Translations under genes and position numbers: made by a program
Source: Eledone cirrhosa
Lineage: Eukaryota
Assembly (NCBI GenBank): GCA_964016885.1
Contig: OZ024741.1
Coordinates: 320,292,001-320,356,000, forward strand
Length of the DNA: 64,000 nt
Direction of reading: 5' to 3'
Notes under the pieces: model-generated
Databases searched by the model: none
Told to the model about the DNA's origin: nothing
What the model saw: the letters and a program-made list of their open reading frames with translations, nothing else
Shown: positions 1 through 15,240 of the stretch, piece after piece
Position numbering within the stretch: position 1 is the first letter of the stretch
Layout of the letters: each line of letters opens with the position of its first letter

Positions 1-759
1 TATAGGAAGGAAAAAATACTGAGAGTGAAGAAAAGCAAATAAGGAAAGAAAAAAGTAAGGTAAATTAAATTCTACGACCTAGATGTCAGGCTATTGTTAG
101 GCTAGAATAAAATAAAGAAAGAAGGAAAGAAGTAAAGAAATAAATAAATAAAGAAATAACGAAATAAGTAAAAGAACTAGGTGGGACGGATTAGGCAAAG
201 ACCCTTTTAAGAGGTATAAGTACGTAAATGATACGGTGACGGGTCAACAAAAGGGGCCAAAATACTAAAGAGACTACCACGAAATAAACAATAAAGGTTT
301 CCATCCCGGGCCAGCAACGACCCAGTGCAGCAAAGTGAACTTGTACGAGATAATAATTCTGAGTCCCGAGAAAAATATATACTAATGCTAACTCTAAAAG
401 ATCTAAAACAAGCTACATGAAAGTTCGTACGAAATAAAGGTAGAAAACGGAGAAATAAATTCAGAATCCACCCCGCCCAGAAGAAAAGCGAAGCAAGAAA
501 TACTGAAACGAAAAAATAAGGCATAAGTGCCACTAAGAAATATAGAGGGCACAGAGAATAGTGGGAGCGGTCGGAAAGAGGGGGCAAGTATCCGGGGTCT
601 AAGCCAACTGCTATAAAGGGCGGAGTCCGCCAAATCTATCATAGACTAGGGGAGGGGGTGGTGGGGGTACTTTCGATTTCATCTTTTTTTCTTTATACTT
701 TCACTCGTGTAGGACACCTCGCTTATTTTTCATTTTGTAAAAAAAACCTCACTTTCTAA

Positions 760-1159
<400 letters not shown>

Positions 1160-1812
1160 AACGGAAAAAATGAAACGAAATTTCATTTCTCAATCTTAGT
1201 ACGGCTGTTACTTGATTAAAAGTATGTATACGTACATACATATATGTATACAGACGTACAGTAGTATGTATATATATATATATTCATGCATGCACACATA
1301 TATACATGTACGTATGGATTCACCGAACATTTATTATAATGCTCGGTGTGTTTGTAAACAAACATCTCGAATTAAGCCGTTCGGTGTTCGGCAACCATCG
1401 TTGCTCATTTGTTCAACACTGACAAAGGAACGCTGTACTAGTTTCAAGCTTATTAGCTATCGTCAGCAACGTATACCTTCCTGCCAGATGATTGAACGTC
1501 TGAAAGTATATACTTTCCTTATGTATATTAACGGCTGAGCAGCCTAATTTGCATATCGAGTGAGTTAATCGGCGTGGCACCGAAAACAGCCGTACTAAGA
1601 GTAAGAAATGAAATTTCGTTTCATTATTTCCGTTTATCGTTTTCAGGACTCCACGAACCAAAGTATCGTCTTCCTATCTTCCTCCGGCTGCAACGTTCAT
1701 CGAAATATTTACTTCTGCGTTCACAGATTGATTTTTTTTAGTTTCGGAAGATCCCGTTAAGGGTGAAAGCAGCGATTCTTTGCTTAACTTTAATCTGTTA
1801 TTTTAATAAATA
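1160..1812 (+). mobile_element. Non-coding PLE family A terminal (pseudo-LTR) remnant with internal inverted segment
   Basis: ~1650-1812 matches the 3' end of the PLE at ~59960-60120. 1160-1209 is the reverse complement of ~1585-1632. Flanked by (TA)n on both sides. Confidence 0.75.
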
Positions 1813-2240
1813 TATATATATATATATATGATATAACAAGTTATCGATTTAGGTAATCCAGTTAGAGGTTGTGAGTACTATGTACTATGGATAGTTCTAA
1901 CGTACGGCTGTGTTTGACTCAACAAGAGGTTTGCTTAGTTAGGTAGCGACTTTGCGAGAATTCCCATGCAGATCATTCTTGGAGTAAAAGTAGTGAAAGA
2001 GTGAAGAATAACATGGTTTTAAAGGGTTTTGTTTACAGTATTAACAATTGTTTCATTGATCAGGTGAGTCTAAAGGCCGCTAATCACTCGAAATTGCGTC
2101 ACCGGACCTTAAACACGCTATGTGTCTATGATCAAATCATCGGACGATCAGAGACACACACTGTATAAACCAGGTTTATAGTATAGATGGAGTCATTAGA
2201 CTAATATTCTATTTATGATTCTCGGCTTCGGAGTTAAGAA

Positions 2241-2425
2241 TAATTGTTTCTACTTTTGGCACAAGGCCAGCAATTATACCAGTGCATTACTGGTACTTTA
2301 TTTTATCGACCCCGTAAGGATGAAAGACAAAGTTAACCTCGACGAGATTTGAACTCAGTCCGTAAAGGGATGTAACTGTGCTGCAAAGCATGGCGTCCGA
2401 CCCTCTACCGATGCTGCCAATCCAC
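2241..2425 (-). mobile_element. tRNA-derived SINE (Nin/Deu-domain-like core), family 1
   Basis: Minus strand has A-box-like TGGCAGCATCGG, B-box GAGTTCAAATC and core TTAACTTTGTCTTTCATCCTTACGGGGTCGATAAAATAAAGTACCAGT, shared with ~10 other copies here. Confidence 0.85.
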
Positions 2426-3599
2426 AATAAATTAGTTGAACGAAAATGACAGAGGTTATTAAAATCATAAAAGAAATAATAATTAAATATATACATACAC
2501 ACATCTATATCCGTACATACGCGAAAACACGCCATGCATACATAAACATGCACGTACACGTAAACAAGCGCGACACATATAACCGCACACATACGAACGT
2601 ATACATCAAATACACATATAAATATATGTGTGTGTGTATGTGTGTATACGTATAATTACATATACATATATAAATGTACGTGCATGTTTATGCATGCATG
2701 GCGTGTGTTTTCGGGTATGCACGTGTATGTACGTATATAGATGTGTATATGTGTATATTTGATTATTATTACTTTTATTATTACTATATATATGTGTGCG
2801 TGTGTGTGTGTGTGCGTGTGTGTGTGAATAGGGGGGGGGTGCGTGTGAGTAGGTGTGTATGTGTGTGCGTATGAGTAGGTGTGTTTGTGTGTGTGTGAGT
2901 AGGTGTGTATGCGTGTGTGTGTGCGCGCCGGTGTGTGTGTGAGTAGGTGTGTGTGTGTATGCTTGTGTATGTGCGGGTGTGGGTGTGTGCGTGCGTGTGA
3001 GTAGGTGTGTGTGTGCGGAGGTGTGTGTGTGTGTATGAGTAGGTGTGTGTGTGTGTGAGGTCACCCATGTGCGCTACTCATAATATATTACCTGACAATC
3101 TTTTACATGGTCGAGTCATCGGCGACTAAACCGGCAATTGCACTAAGATTGCTTTGTAAGGGGGTGGGGTGATGTTTGTACATCCTGCGGGATGAAAAGC
3201 AAAACCCATCAAAGGGCAAACGAACGTTTGAGAGACAACGACCATCCGGTACCTGATGTGGTGTTTTCATTGGGTTTGTGACAAGGTTTTCACCCATCCT
3301 TTGTTATCAACATTTCAGAAAACGTGTGGCTGGTCCAACACAATCTTTTCCACAATAAACAATTCATTTGGGTGGGTAGCTTAACATCTCTACCAGTTCT
3401 GTCTATTTGATATCGCACTATTAATGCTAATCCCACTGGCGTAAAAGCAAAGCCACGAGCACAAGTAAAATGTGTTACAGTAAGTCCTTAGCTGGAGCTA
3501 TACACAGTGACTACCAGTAAATGATGCCCGTTCATGCTAGAAACATAAGCAATATGTGCTTTCATGTCCTCTGATGCTGATAAAGCAGACCCTTTTAGA

Positions 3600-5990
3600 C
3601 TTAGCACTGTTTTCCATACACAGGTTGGCGGCAGTAAAAAGAGCCCTAAATAATTGCTTAATCTGTCAACTTGGCAGCCAACCACGATTGTATTGTTATC
3701 CAAATGTGCGGTCGAAAAAACAAAACATTTAAATTTTGGTTCCTGGACTATTAGAATACTCTGGGATAGAAGATCAGCCCTCATCTACAATGCACACAAT
3801 AGATATAATATTGATATCTGTGCTATAAGTGAGATCCGACTTCCTAGCACATCCCAAATGGAAGAAGTGGGAGACGGGTACACAGTCTTCTAGTCCGGAA
3901 AAAGTGAAGAAGACGATCGTCAATCTGGCGTTGATTTTATCATTAGATCTGACATTGCCAAATTCCTAACATCATTCTCCAAATGTGTCAGTGATCGTGT
4001 CACAACTCGTCCTCTGTATCTAGCTAACAACACCTCTGTTACACAAGTGAATTGCTACGCCCAACTCTCCATCCATCTCAGCAGGATATCGAAACATTCT
4101 ATGATTAGCTTCAGACTATGATTAGCTTCGGTCTCCACTGTTCCATAAATAATTAAGCTCATCATAATGGGATATTTCAATACTAGAGTTAGAAATTACT
4201 ATCAAACATGGCATGACGTTCTTGGGTTTAATGGAGTTGGAGCTATGGACTCAAATGGGATTAAGCTGCTTTCACTCAAGAAATTTCATCAACAACCTGA
4301 AAACCATAAGATATGAGCGATCCATCTTAGAGCTAAGGATTGGCACATGATTGACTATGTAATCACACAAGCGTGGCCTAAATCATTTAAAAATCATTCA
4401 CTCTTGTCACTATACTTGCTATGTATCTGATCATGCACTGCTGCGCAATAAGTTTCATTCAATCTTCAGAAAAATGCATCTTCAAAAGCCACCTATCTCA
4501 TCCAATGTTGATGTGAGTGTTTTGAGATCCATTGATAAGAGGCTGGAACATTCTAAAAACCTTGACTCATTCCTCGACTCTGTCCAGATTTCCGATGAAA
4601 TTGAGGCTTCCTGGAAAGCGTTCAAATATGCGTCCTTTGTAGGCTCCATAGAAATGATAGGATTTCCTATGAGAAAATACCAGACCTGGTTCGATGAAAT
4701 CAACTCATATCTAGAACATTATCAACGAGATGCACAACCTACACAGGCTTTGGATTAAGGATAAAAAACTCAAAAACTAAAAAGAATGCCTATAAATAGT
4801 ATGTACAGTCCTCACTTAAAAAGATTAAGAATGCTAAAATAGCTGAGCTACAAAAAGCTACTGATGAAAAGGTATGAAGCGGGAGGGCAGGTCAAATCCA
4901 GTTCTCTCTTTTAATGGTACAAACCTACGCACAGTCAATGCTTAGATACTCTCGCGATGACAGGAACACTTTGAAATTATCTGAGTCGAACGTAGATGAA
5001 GATATAATATCATCTATTCCACAAACGCCGGAGATACTCGAATTAGCATTCAACCCAAGCTTGAATCAAATACGAACCTTTATCAAGCAACTGTCATCCA
5101 ATATAACTCCTGATAAAGATGGCATCTCACCTAAAATTTTCAAATATAGTGTTCAAAGCTTGTGCATGAGCCTCTTCGTTTTTTTTTTGTTGAAATCTGG
5201 AAAGTCGAATATGTACCTCAAGTCTTCAGAGATGCATCTATAATCCATCTCTTCAAGAACAAAGTAAACAATTTGTGACAACTTTTGTAGTATCTCCCTT
5301 CTCTGTATTGCTGGTGAGGTTCTTGCCCATGTCAGTCTCAACATAATTACATCCAGAACTATTGATGATGTCCACCCTGAAAACCAATGGGACTTTTCCG
5401 CACAGGTTGTGGTTTATGATCTCTCGTCACCATGTTGCAGAGACGGTTGGTGAAAGAACCATGAAAAGATCATGCCGAATTGTCAAAAGTCTTTGACAAT
5501 CTCAAACACAAAGCTCTCTGAGAAACACCCCAAAAGATTTGCATACCCGACAATATACTGACTGTAATCATGTATTTTCATGAGGGCATAAAAGTATCAA
5601 ACATGTCAAAAGTCGAATGCTCTGAACTCTTTGGTATGACAAACGTTACGAAGCAGGGCTGTGTCATGGGCCCTGTTCTCTTTGTTTTTTCTTCTCTCTA
5701 ATGCTCTAGTATGCATTTGGAGACTTAGACACTGGAGTCAGATTTGAGTTCCGTACACCGAGTGGGCTATTTAATTATCACCGCTTTGAGCCTAAAACAC
5801 TTACATGAACAAGAGTTATTCGTGATTTACTGTTTGCTGATGATGCTGTACTTGCTGCAAAATGCCTCACAAAGGCACACGAATTAATCAATCATCTCTC
5901 GCTTACCTGTAAGGCGCTTGGTTTAACAATTAGCATTAAGAAGACTGAGGTGTTACATACACCCAGACACGTAGATGTTAAACAGTAACA
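3600..5990 (+). pseudogene. Degenerate RTE-clade LINE (APE endonuclease + RT), many stops and frameshifts
   Basis: Fragments LNFGSWTIRIL..RYNIDICAISEIRL (APE N-terminus), TPDKDGISPKIFK, ISLLCIAGEVLA, KQGCVMGPVLF and DLLFADDAVL (RT motifs). Boundaries approximate. Confidence 0.85.
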
Positions 5991-7100
5991 GCTAAGGCAT
6001 GGACACACGTACATACCCATGTTTCCTAGGTGGGATATCCAGTAAACTGGCAGTTGCTACCTCCCAACGTGGTAAGCGGCTGCTCTGTCTAGGATACTCA
6101 ATTTGATATAAGGGATATTGATTCCTTCATCCTGACACCTCAGGACGAAACGAAAGAAATTTTAAGGCTCTCTCTTCCTGCACTAAATAAGTTAATATGC
6201 TGGGTGAACTTGCACTTGCCCTTAAAACCATTAGCTGGTAGAACAGTGTAAGTCTTTCGCGGTATCATTTGGTGGTGCATTCGTGTAAGCCACATCATTT
6301 GAGTAGCAGAATCCTTTCAGATGACAATTGGCAATTTTGCAGCTGTTACACGTTGGTTATTGAGGGAAGTATGACATACATGTTATTTTCTACCACGTGT
6401 TATCAAATTTTGCTCTAAGACAATACTACTTACCGCACATCTTTTTTATCATGAAATGTATTGAGCGGCTGGTTTAAGAATGACAGAATTGCAAAAAATA
6501 CAAACTGATTATTCACTTGTATATATTTTATTTATTACTAGTTCTAATATCACTTTTTAAGAAATATATACTTCCCTTCTAGCTTTCTGCAACCCCCTAC
6601 CTATCTTAATTCGTTGAACATTTACCTGAAACTGATTTTCTTTATAATTATTCTGTTCTTGCAGTAGCATGGTGTAATCTAGCTATAATTTGTTTTTAAA
6701 TCTAATAATAAACCCACAGCAACAAATATTAAATCAGTAGAAATGATTAGATTTGAGAATTATTTATACCAGTGTGATGGTTTCACCACTGTAGCGTCGT
6801 GCTCATCATGAAAACAATCATCACATATAACCCAGCAGAATTTGTGTTGTCTTATAATTTCAGTTGTTATTTCAGAGATTAAGCAATACTTAAGCCTTAT
6901 ATTTTGAATAACAGTTTCGAGGGATTATAATCATTTAAATAAGAATCATTTGGCCCTATCTATGAACCAGAAAATGAAACTTATAAATAATTTAGAGATT
7001 TATAGTTCAGTGGCTAGAGATTGTGAAGCTTATAATATTAAAGAGCTCTTTGTATGGATCGACGTATGAATAATATTTATGTGCACACATACACACACTC

Positions 7101-7222
<122 letters not shown>

Positions 7223-7590
7223 ACACACACACACACACGCATATATATATATATATATTATTATTTATACATTAGATATACAAGCATAACCCACTAACAC
7301 ATTTTCTATGTACATGAATATATACATGAATACAGAGCTATCTATGCATATGTGTCTATATGTACATGTGTATGAGTGTGTCGCTGGATGTATGTGTGTA
7401 ATACTATACTTTCTGCCTGTGGTCCTCTTCCACATCAATTTGTTCATCAGCTCTAAAGACGATGATAACATCATTTCATATTTCCATAGACATCTCTGAA
7501 GAACACATCAAGAATTAGGCCATACATACATACACATAAATGTATGTATATAAATATATGTATGTGTATATATATACATGTATATATATG

Positions 7591-7680
<90 letters not shown>

Positions 7681-7696
7681 TATAGATATATATATA

Positions 7697-7894
7697 TAAC
7701 AAAGGAATTGTGGTAAGGAACCAGATGGACCATAACGCACCAGAGTACTCAATACTTAGGGTAGTAGAGTGGGAAATAGGAAAAAGTATGACCCCGACGG
7801 CAGAGCTCAAGCCGTTTCGACGGCTATTTCTGGACTCAGTCCAGAAATAGACTTCGAAACGGCTTGAGCTCTGCCGTCGGGGTCATACTTTTTC
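7697..7894. mobile_element. Short (TA)n-flanked insert ending in a ~115-bp fold-back; related rearranged copy at 47701-47810
   Basis: 7780-7820 is the reverse complement of 7854-7894. The same sequence blocks recur at 47701-47810 with a different inversion junction. Confidence 0.75.
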
Positions 7895-7895
7895 T

Positions 7896-7939
<44 letters not shown>

Positions 7940-8004
7940 TAAGACGATATGCCAATGTGGCTGCATGAGCGTCTTCGTCTCGCACGCTCTATCTCCCTAT
8001 ATAT

Positions 8005-8040
<36 letters not shown>

Positions 8041-8092
8041 TAAAAGAGAAAACACACACACACAGGCACACATATATATATACGTCTTCTCT

Positions 8093-8162
<70 letters not shown>

Positions 8163-8213
8163 AATATATATATACATATATATACATATATATACATATA
8201 CATACATACGTAC

Positions 8214-8265
<52 letters not shown>

Positions 8266-8340
8266 ATGTACATAAATATATATATACATATATATACATA
8301 TATATACATATATATATATATACATACATACATACATACG

Positions 8341-8372
<32 letters not shown>

Positions 8373-8389
8373 CATATACATATATATAC

Positions 8390-8436
<47 letters not shown>

Positions 8437-8469
8437 TAAATATATATATATATGTTTTCTATACCTTTC

Positions 8470-8500
<31 letters not shown>

Positions 8501-8505
<5 letters not shown>

Positions 8506-9933
8506 GGAAGCAGGAAAATGCTTATTGTGATTCAGTTCGTGGTTAAGAAAGGCAGTTTCATGGACGGTTTCAACGTACGGTTAGGGGTAACTCCACAAGT
8601 TTGTAAGAATTCCGTTCAATCTTGGAGTATAAAGTATAAAAGAGAAAACACCGGTAAGCATTAAGGAAAGGATTTTATCCAGGTATTTACGACCGTTTCA
8701 TTGGTAAGTGCAACCTTATATTGCTTAACTGCAAATAGCAGCCACTCAATCATAATTGTTGTTCACGTCCAAATTTTCCAAATAGTGAGTAAGTTACTCT
8801 TAAAAAAGTTCTTAAGATTTAGAGAAAAACATTTTTTGGGAATTGTATTTACTAGTATAGAGAGAGAGGAAGATGAAACTTTCGGCAGGATAAATACGCG
8901 GAAACAAAAACTAAGATAAACCCCTATTTTCCTGCACCAAATCGCATTTGAACAGAAGCCCCCTCAATTCAATCTATACATGGACAAATTGACAATCATA
9001 TGGATCATTTTGCATATATGTACTCTGTGTTTTTGCATTTATTCATTATTGGTTCTTTTCTTTTATGTACTTTATATCGTTTTTTTTTTATTTTGTTCCA
9101 TGTGATGGAAATTATGACTATGTAACAGATTGACTACTGCCTTTAATACTGTAATTTACCCTCCGTTCTAATGTGGATAGTGTAACTGCGACATTAGGGC
9201 CCCTTTCAGAACTTCTTACTTAAACATCTCTCTGCATATTATTTAATCACTTCAATCTATATGTTTTTTTACTCACCTCAATCCGGATTCTCACTTGAAA
9301 CATTTTTTAATTTCTAATTGTTAATTTTTTAATTTTTTAATTTTTTAATTTATAATTTCTATTTGATTTAGGATTTTCGATTTAAAATTTTAATTTTTAT
9401 TTCCAACTCTCACACATAACTTCCAATGTAAAACCATGATACCTAGAATTAAGTATATTTTCTCTTAGGGGTTGATGGTCAGTTGTACTGTCCATGCTTG
9501 GTGAGAGTTAGTAAATACTAACACTCTCCCATCCCCCCTGGCTTTCGGCTGACTGCCACAGACGGGTAGCAGTAAACTATGGTACAGGCCTGAATGGGTC
9601 ATTGTTTGGCTGAGAGGGGGAGCTGACTAAGCGAATTTCGTTGAAATCTGCGGTAGCTAATGGTCAACTTCCTTCGGACATGCGCCTGCGCAGACCGGTG
9701 CGGGTGAATTGGTACTCACAAGGGAACGGATGAAGAACCCAAAAGCACACACTTCGTCCGTTCCCATGTCGATTCAATTTGGATTGCCTCGGAAACATAA
9801 CCTTATTATGTAACAAGCTGTCTGACGATGTCGCGACACTTGCACACACAACAATGTGGCCAGTGTCGTCATTGAAATATATAACACAGCATTATTAAAA
9901 GACTTGAACATCTGAAACTACTTCGCTTTTCCT

Positions 9934-9935
<2 letters not shown>
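8501..9935. mobile_element. Unclassified (TA)n-flanked interspersed repeat; inverted/rearranged relative at 21932-22354
   Basis: First ~300 bp (GTTAGGGAAGCAG...) recur at 21933-22354, where the second half is inverted. No coding signal. Confidence 0.65.
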
Positions 9936-10013
<78 letters not shown>

Positions 10014-10164
10014 ATATATGTATGTATGTATGTATGTATATGTATATATATGTATATATATGTATATATTTATATATACATATATACATATATATACACA
10101 CACACAAGAGAAGGCGTATATATATATGTGCATGTGTGTATGTGTGTGTGTGGCTGTGTGTGTG

Positions 10165-10195
<31 letters not shown>

Positions 10196-10680
10196 TCACA
10201 TCTTTATCTTTATATATTTGTAGGAACACATACAGGCCACCACATCATAGTAGTTGTACATTTTCTCCCTGTGGTTCTACAACACTTTCATTTGTTCCTT
10301 AACTCTAAACATATTGTTAACGGACTTCCATCTCTATAGACATATCTTACGAAGGACATCTCGAAGCATTTACCCACTCAAGCTCAAATAAAGTAATATA
10401 CATAAAGTAATATACCGCCGCTTTCTTGAATCAGTTTATATAAATACCCACGCATTAGCACATGATTATATATGTACACACACACGCACAAGCACACACA
10501 TGCACACACACATATATATATACACGTACACATTGATATATATCTCTCTCCCATTCTTTCTCTCTATCTATCTATTTATCTATATACAATACATACACAC
10601 ACACACACACATACACACACACACGCGCGCGCGCGCACACACACACACACACAGACACACACACATATATATATATATAT

Positions 10681-11580
<900 letters not shown>

Positions 11581-13445
11581 ATGTATGCCTCTGTGAGTGT
11601 AGTATGTATGAATACATAAATGGATACAGAAATACTTAGTCGGTATGTTACAAAACAAAGTGATTCCGAAAGAAACACATATTTCAGATGTGTTTTTATT
11701 TATATTTATATCATTAAAATTCTCTATAGAAAATGGCGCTCCTACACTCTTACTGAATAGCTGCTCATAGACTTTATAAAGATTCCGATAGATGTGAAGA
11801 AGAATGTGCAACAAGATTAAATAAAATGTGTATGATAACAACACATATATTTGTGCCCAACAAACCACTATAGGAATGTATAGTGAAAACACATTGCCAG
11901 AATTTGCTGATATATACATACAATAAAATATCTGAATATGCAAAAACTTCAGTAGGATAAATAGTCAAATGCAATTAGTGTATAAAATGAGGGTTGTGAG
12001 CATTACAAACAAGATATGATTGTGGCAAACGTTATAAAAAAAATAAATTCTTAATATGTATTTTGCCTAAGTGTGAAAATGGGAGTGCTGCACTCACGGA
12101 CGTGGATTCTATTCACATCTAGACTGCTAGTCAGTATTGCGAAAACATACATAATATATGGTGTAACTAATTCTCTCAACAAGTATTCCCCTTGGATATC
12201 AAATATATGCACGTAGAATATTTTATATCAGGGAGATTTAATGGGTTGAGGCCTTCAAATGTTGGGTAGACAGCACAATACTGACAACAAATAGTTCTCT
12301 ATTGTCCGATAGACAAAGACGTTTCATGCACGCATCCATGATGTGGCCTGCATTTCAATACAGTCCAGCTAACATGTCTACAAGTATATCAACAAAGTCT
12401 CTGAATCATTCATTTTCTAAACAATTCTATATTTTCTTACTTCAGCAAATTATATTTACTTAGTGGTCCACTCCTTATTATTACAATAATTTATGACAAT
12501 CATACTACACATTGACTAATATTGTGCTTCTTCTTAATCACACAATTATTTCTAGTTAGCTTTTAAATGTTTCATGCATTAAACATGCTGCCAGAAACCT
12601 TTTTATTGAACACAACAGCCAGGGAACGTTCAATATATTACGCTATCTTCCAGAATACAAAGTGACTAGCGTCGATTACGTCAATTCATAAGCGATAAAC
12701 AAACGAATAAGTGTACTAGCTTTCCCATCGAGGCAACCTTCTACACATAATAAACAAACATAATGCAGAAAAAGTATGATTATACATGAATTCTAAGCAT
12801 TCAGTGTGTAACTACAGATGGCGTCTCTGATTTATTTATACTCTGAACAATTCTTTCTACGTCAAGCAATGTGCAAACTAATACAGTTATTTATAATTAT
12901 TCGATATCTATTTCGGTTAAGAAGTTGAAAGATATGATTCCTTGATGGGGTCAGAATAAAACGTAATCATATGTGCTATTAATTGTACTTGTTATTAAAA
13001 ATAATATTGGTAATTAAATAATATGCCTTTTATTTTTACTTTTGCTTCACTGTATAATATTTCAAGCTAGATCCTTAATGCTCTCCTCATTAAATATATT
13101 AACACTTAATTAACCAAGATATATCTTAGTACACTGAACAGAAATGCGATATAAAAGAGAATAAATATATTAGCAATATATTCTCATTCTAATTGGCGGC
13201 TTATTCAAATTCATTTGAACATGGTGTGTGAGTAGTATATAGTTGAGGCAAAATGGGGAATCACAATCTCCTCTCTCTCTCCCTCGTATATATATATATA
13301 TAATACTTGTTTCTACTTTAGGCACAAGGCCAGCAATTACCCAGTTCATTACTGGTACTTTATATATATATATAATATAGTTCATTACTGGTACTATATA
13401 TATATATATAATACTGTTCCATATTTATGATCCGTTTAATGTATA

Positions 13446-13589
<144 letters not shown>

Positions 13590-13636
13590 GTGTGTGCACT
13601 CGTGCATGTGTATGTATGTATCTATCTATCTATAAG

Positions 13637-14556
13637 AGGAAACGGAAATCACCCGAGACTCCACTTCGACATTCTATAGGGGATTAGTGGAGGATAAGTG
13701 CGACGACGTTCACGAGGAAACTCTAGGCATCGAGTAAGACGAACTGACCAGTCTGTTCGGGAGGACTTTGCGTCCAGGGCCTATGGATAACTTCCAGAGG
13801 TCTCTGGCCTGGCAGTGCTACCGAGGAGCTCTAATAGTTCAAGACAAAATCTACAGGCACGGACGCCCTGGCAAAGATCCTGTCCAAGATGCGAGCAGTA
13901 CATCGAAACCGTTCTGCACGCAATTGTTCAGTGCCCAGGGGTGATCAACCTGTGGAATTATTTCGAACAGCTACTGTCACGTGTGGGACGCATCCAGTTG
14001 TCAGCCGAGTCCATCGTGCAGATCACCCCGCCACCTTCATTTAAGAATGAAGGAGAGGCGGTCTTCCTCTGTCTGATGGTTATGGCATAAGAGGTAATAT
14101 GGTGGACGAGGTTAAAAGGACTGAGGGCAAATACCTTTCTCTCTGGACAACAACTTATCCCCTTCTTTAAGTACCACTTCAGGAGGAAGGTGAGAGTGGA
14201 AAGAGAGGTGCTACACCTCAGTAAATTCGCTGAAAGGTGGGTGAATGTAGCGAAAATGGCCCGAGTGAATGGGCCTTCTCTGTATATAAACCTGTAGGTT
14301 GAGGAAGATAGACAGAGGGAAGACGGGAACACCTACAAAACGTATTCCTGGTGTTGAGGGTTGTTCTATCCACGGGGTGTAAAACAACCCTGCAGTAACG
14401 TCACCCCACCCCTATTGGGGATTTCAATTGTTATTTTATTTTTATAGTCTATTGTTATTTATTAATGTTAAAGTTATATGATTTTTATTTAAAACCCCCA
14501 CCATCACGTCTTGTAATGTTCTATTTTTGTACGACCCTGTGGCAAATAAAGAAAGA
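13637..14556 (+). pseudogene. 3' fragment of Tx1/L1-clade LINE ORF2 (zf-RVT CCHC region) with 3' UTR
   Basis: CPRCEQYIETVLHAIVQC zinc knuckle, WWTRLKGLRANTFL...RWVNVAKMARVNG C-terminus, AATAAA-containing tail. Related copy at 63540-64000. Confidence 0.75.
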
Positions 14557-14962
14557 TATCTATCTATCTATACATACATTAAAACAACAATAGAAGGCCG
14601 GACTGTAACATTTACTTTAGAGTTTTAATTCCGCGAAACCATTATACATATTTCGGTGGCTGAGCTTTATCATCTGACTAGCATTAAAGCTCGGCGTTGC
14701 TCGGGGTCATTAAGTTACCAAAGTTAGGTTGCACCACCCATTTTATGGCAGCTCTTTTTGTCTGCCAGGCACTGGGTGAATGAATTGCAGACCTGGAAGC
14801 AGGAGCTGCGCCAGCAGTGACAATTGTAGTTTCGCCTATGGATATTATCTCTGTGCAAAAAAGTGTTGAAATTTATTGTTTCACAGTACTTGCGCAACAC
14901 GCGCGTAGACGATGCCAGCCGAACAACAGAGCTGCGATGGAGTTGTTCTGCATGGTTGTCTG

Positions 14963-15240
14963 TGTGTTTTCTAAATTTAAGACAGTAGGGAGGGTTGTGA
15001 TATGAGGGAGAGTTAGCTGTTGTTTCTAGCAGGTTTAGTGACCTCATAGAGGATATGTGTTTTCTAAATTTAAGACAGTAGGGAGTGGTGTGATATGGAG
15101 GAGAGTTAGCTGCTGTTTCTAGCAGGTTTAGTGACCTCATAGAAGATATGTTTTCTAAATTTAAGACAGTAGGGAGAGGTGTGGTATGAGGGAGAGTTAG
15201 CTGCTGTTTCTAGCAGGTTTAGTGACCTCATAGAGGATAT
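14963..15240. repeat. Three tandem copies of a ~91-93 bp unit
   Basis: CTAAATTTAAGACAGTAGGGAG...GTTTCTAGCAGGTTTAGTGACCTCATAG starts at 14971, 15064 and 15155. Confidence 0.9.

Noticed and set aside
1-756. A-rich segment, possibly another TA-flanked insert; 126-aa minus ORF
   Set aside because: Cut by the window edge; no second copy, HHR core or protein motif recognised.
8501-8590. TTAGGG at element end as telomeric repeat
   Set aside because: Isolated single hexamers, no tandem array.
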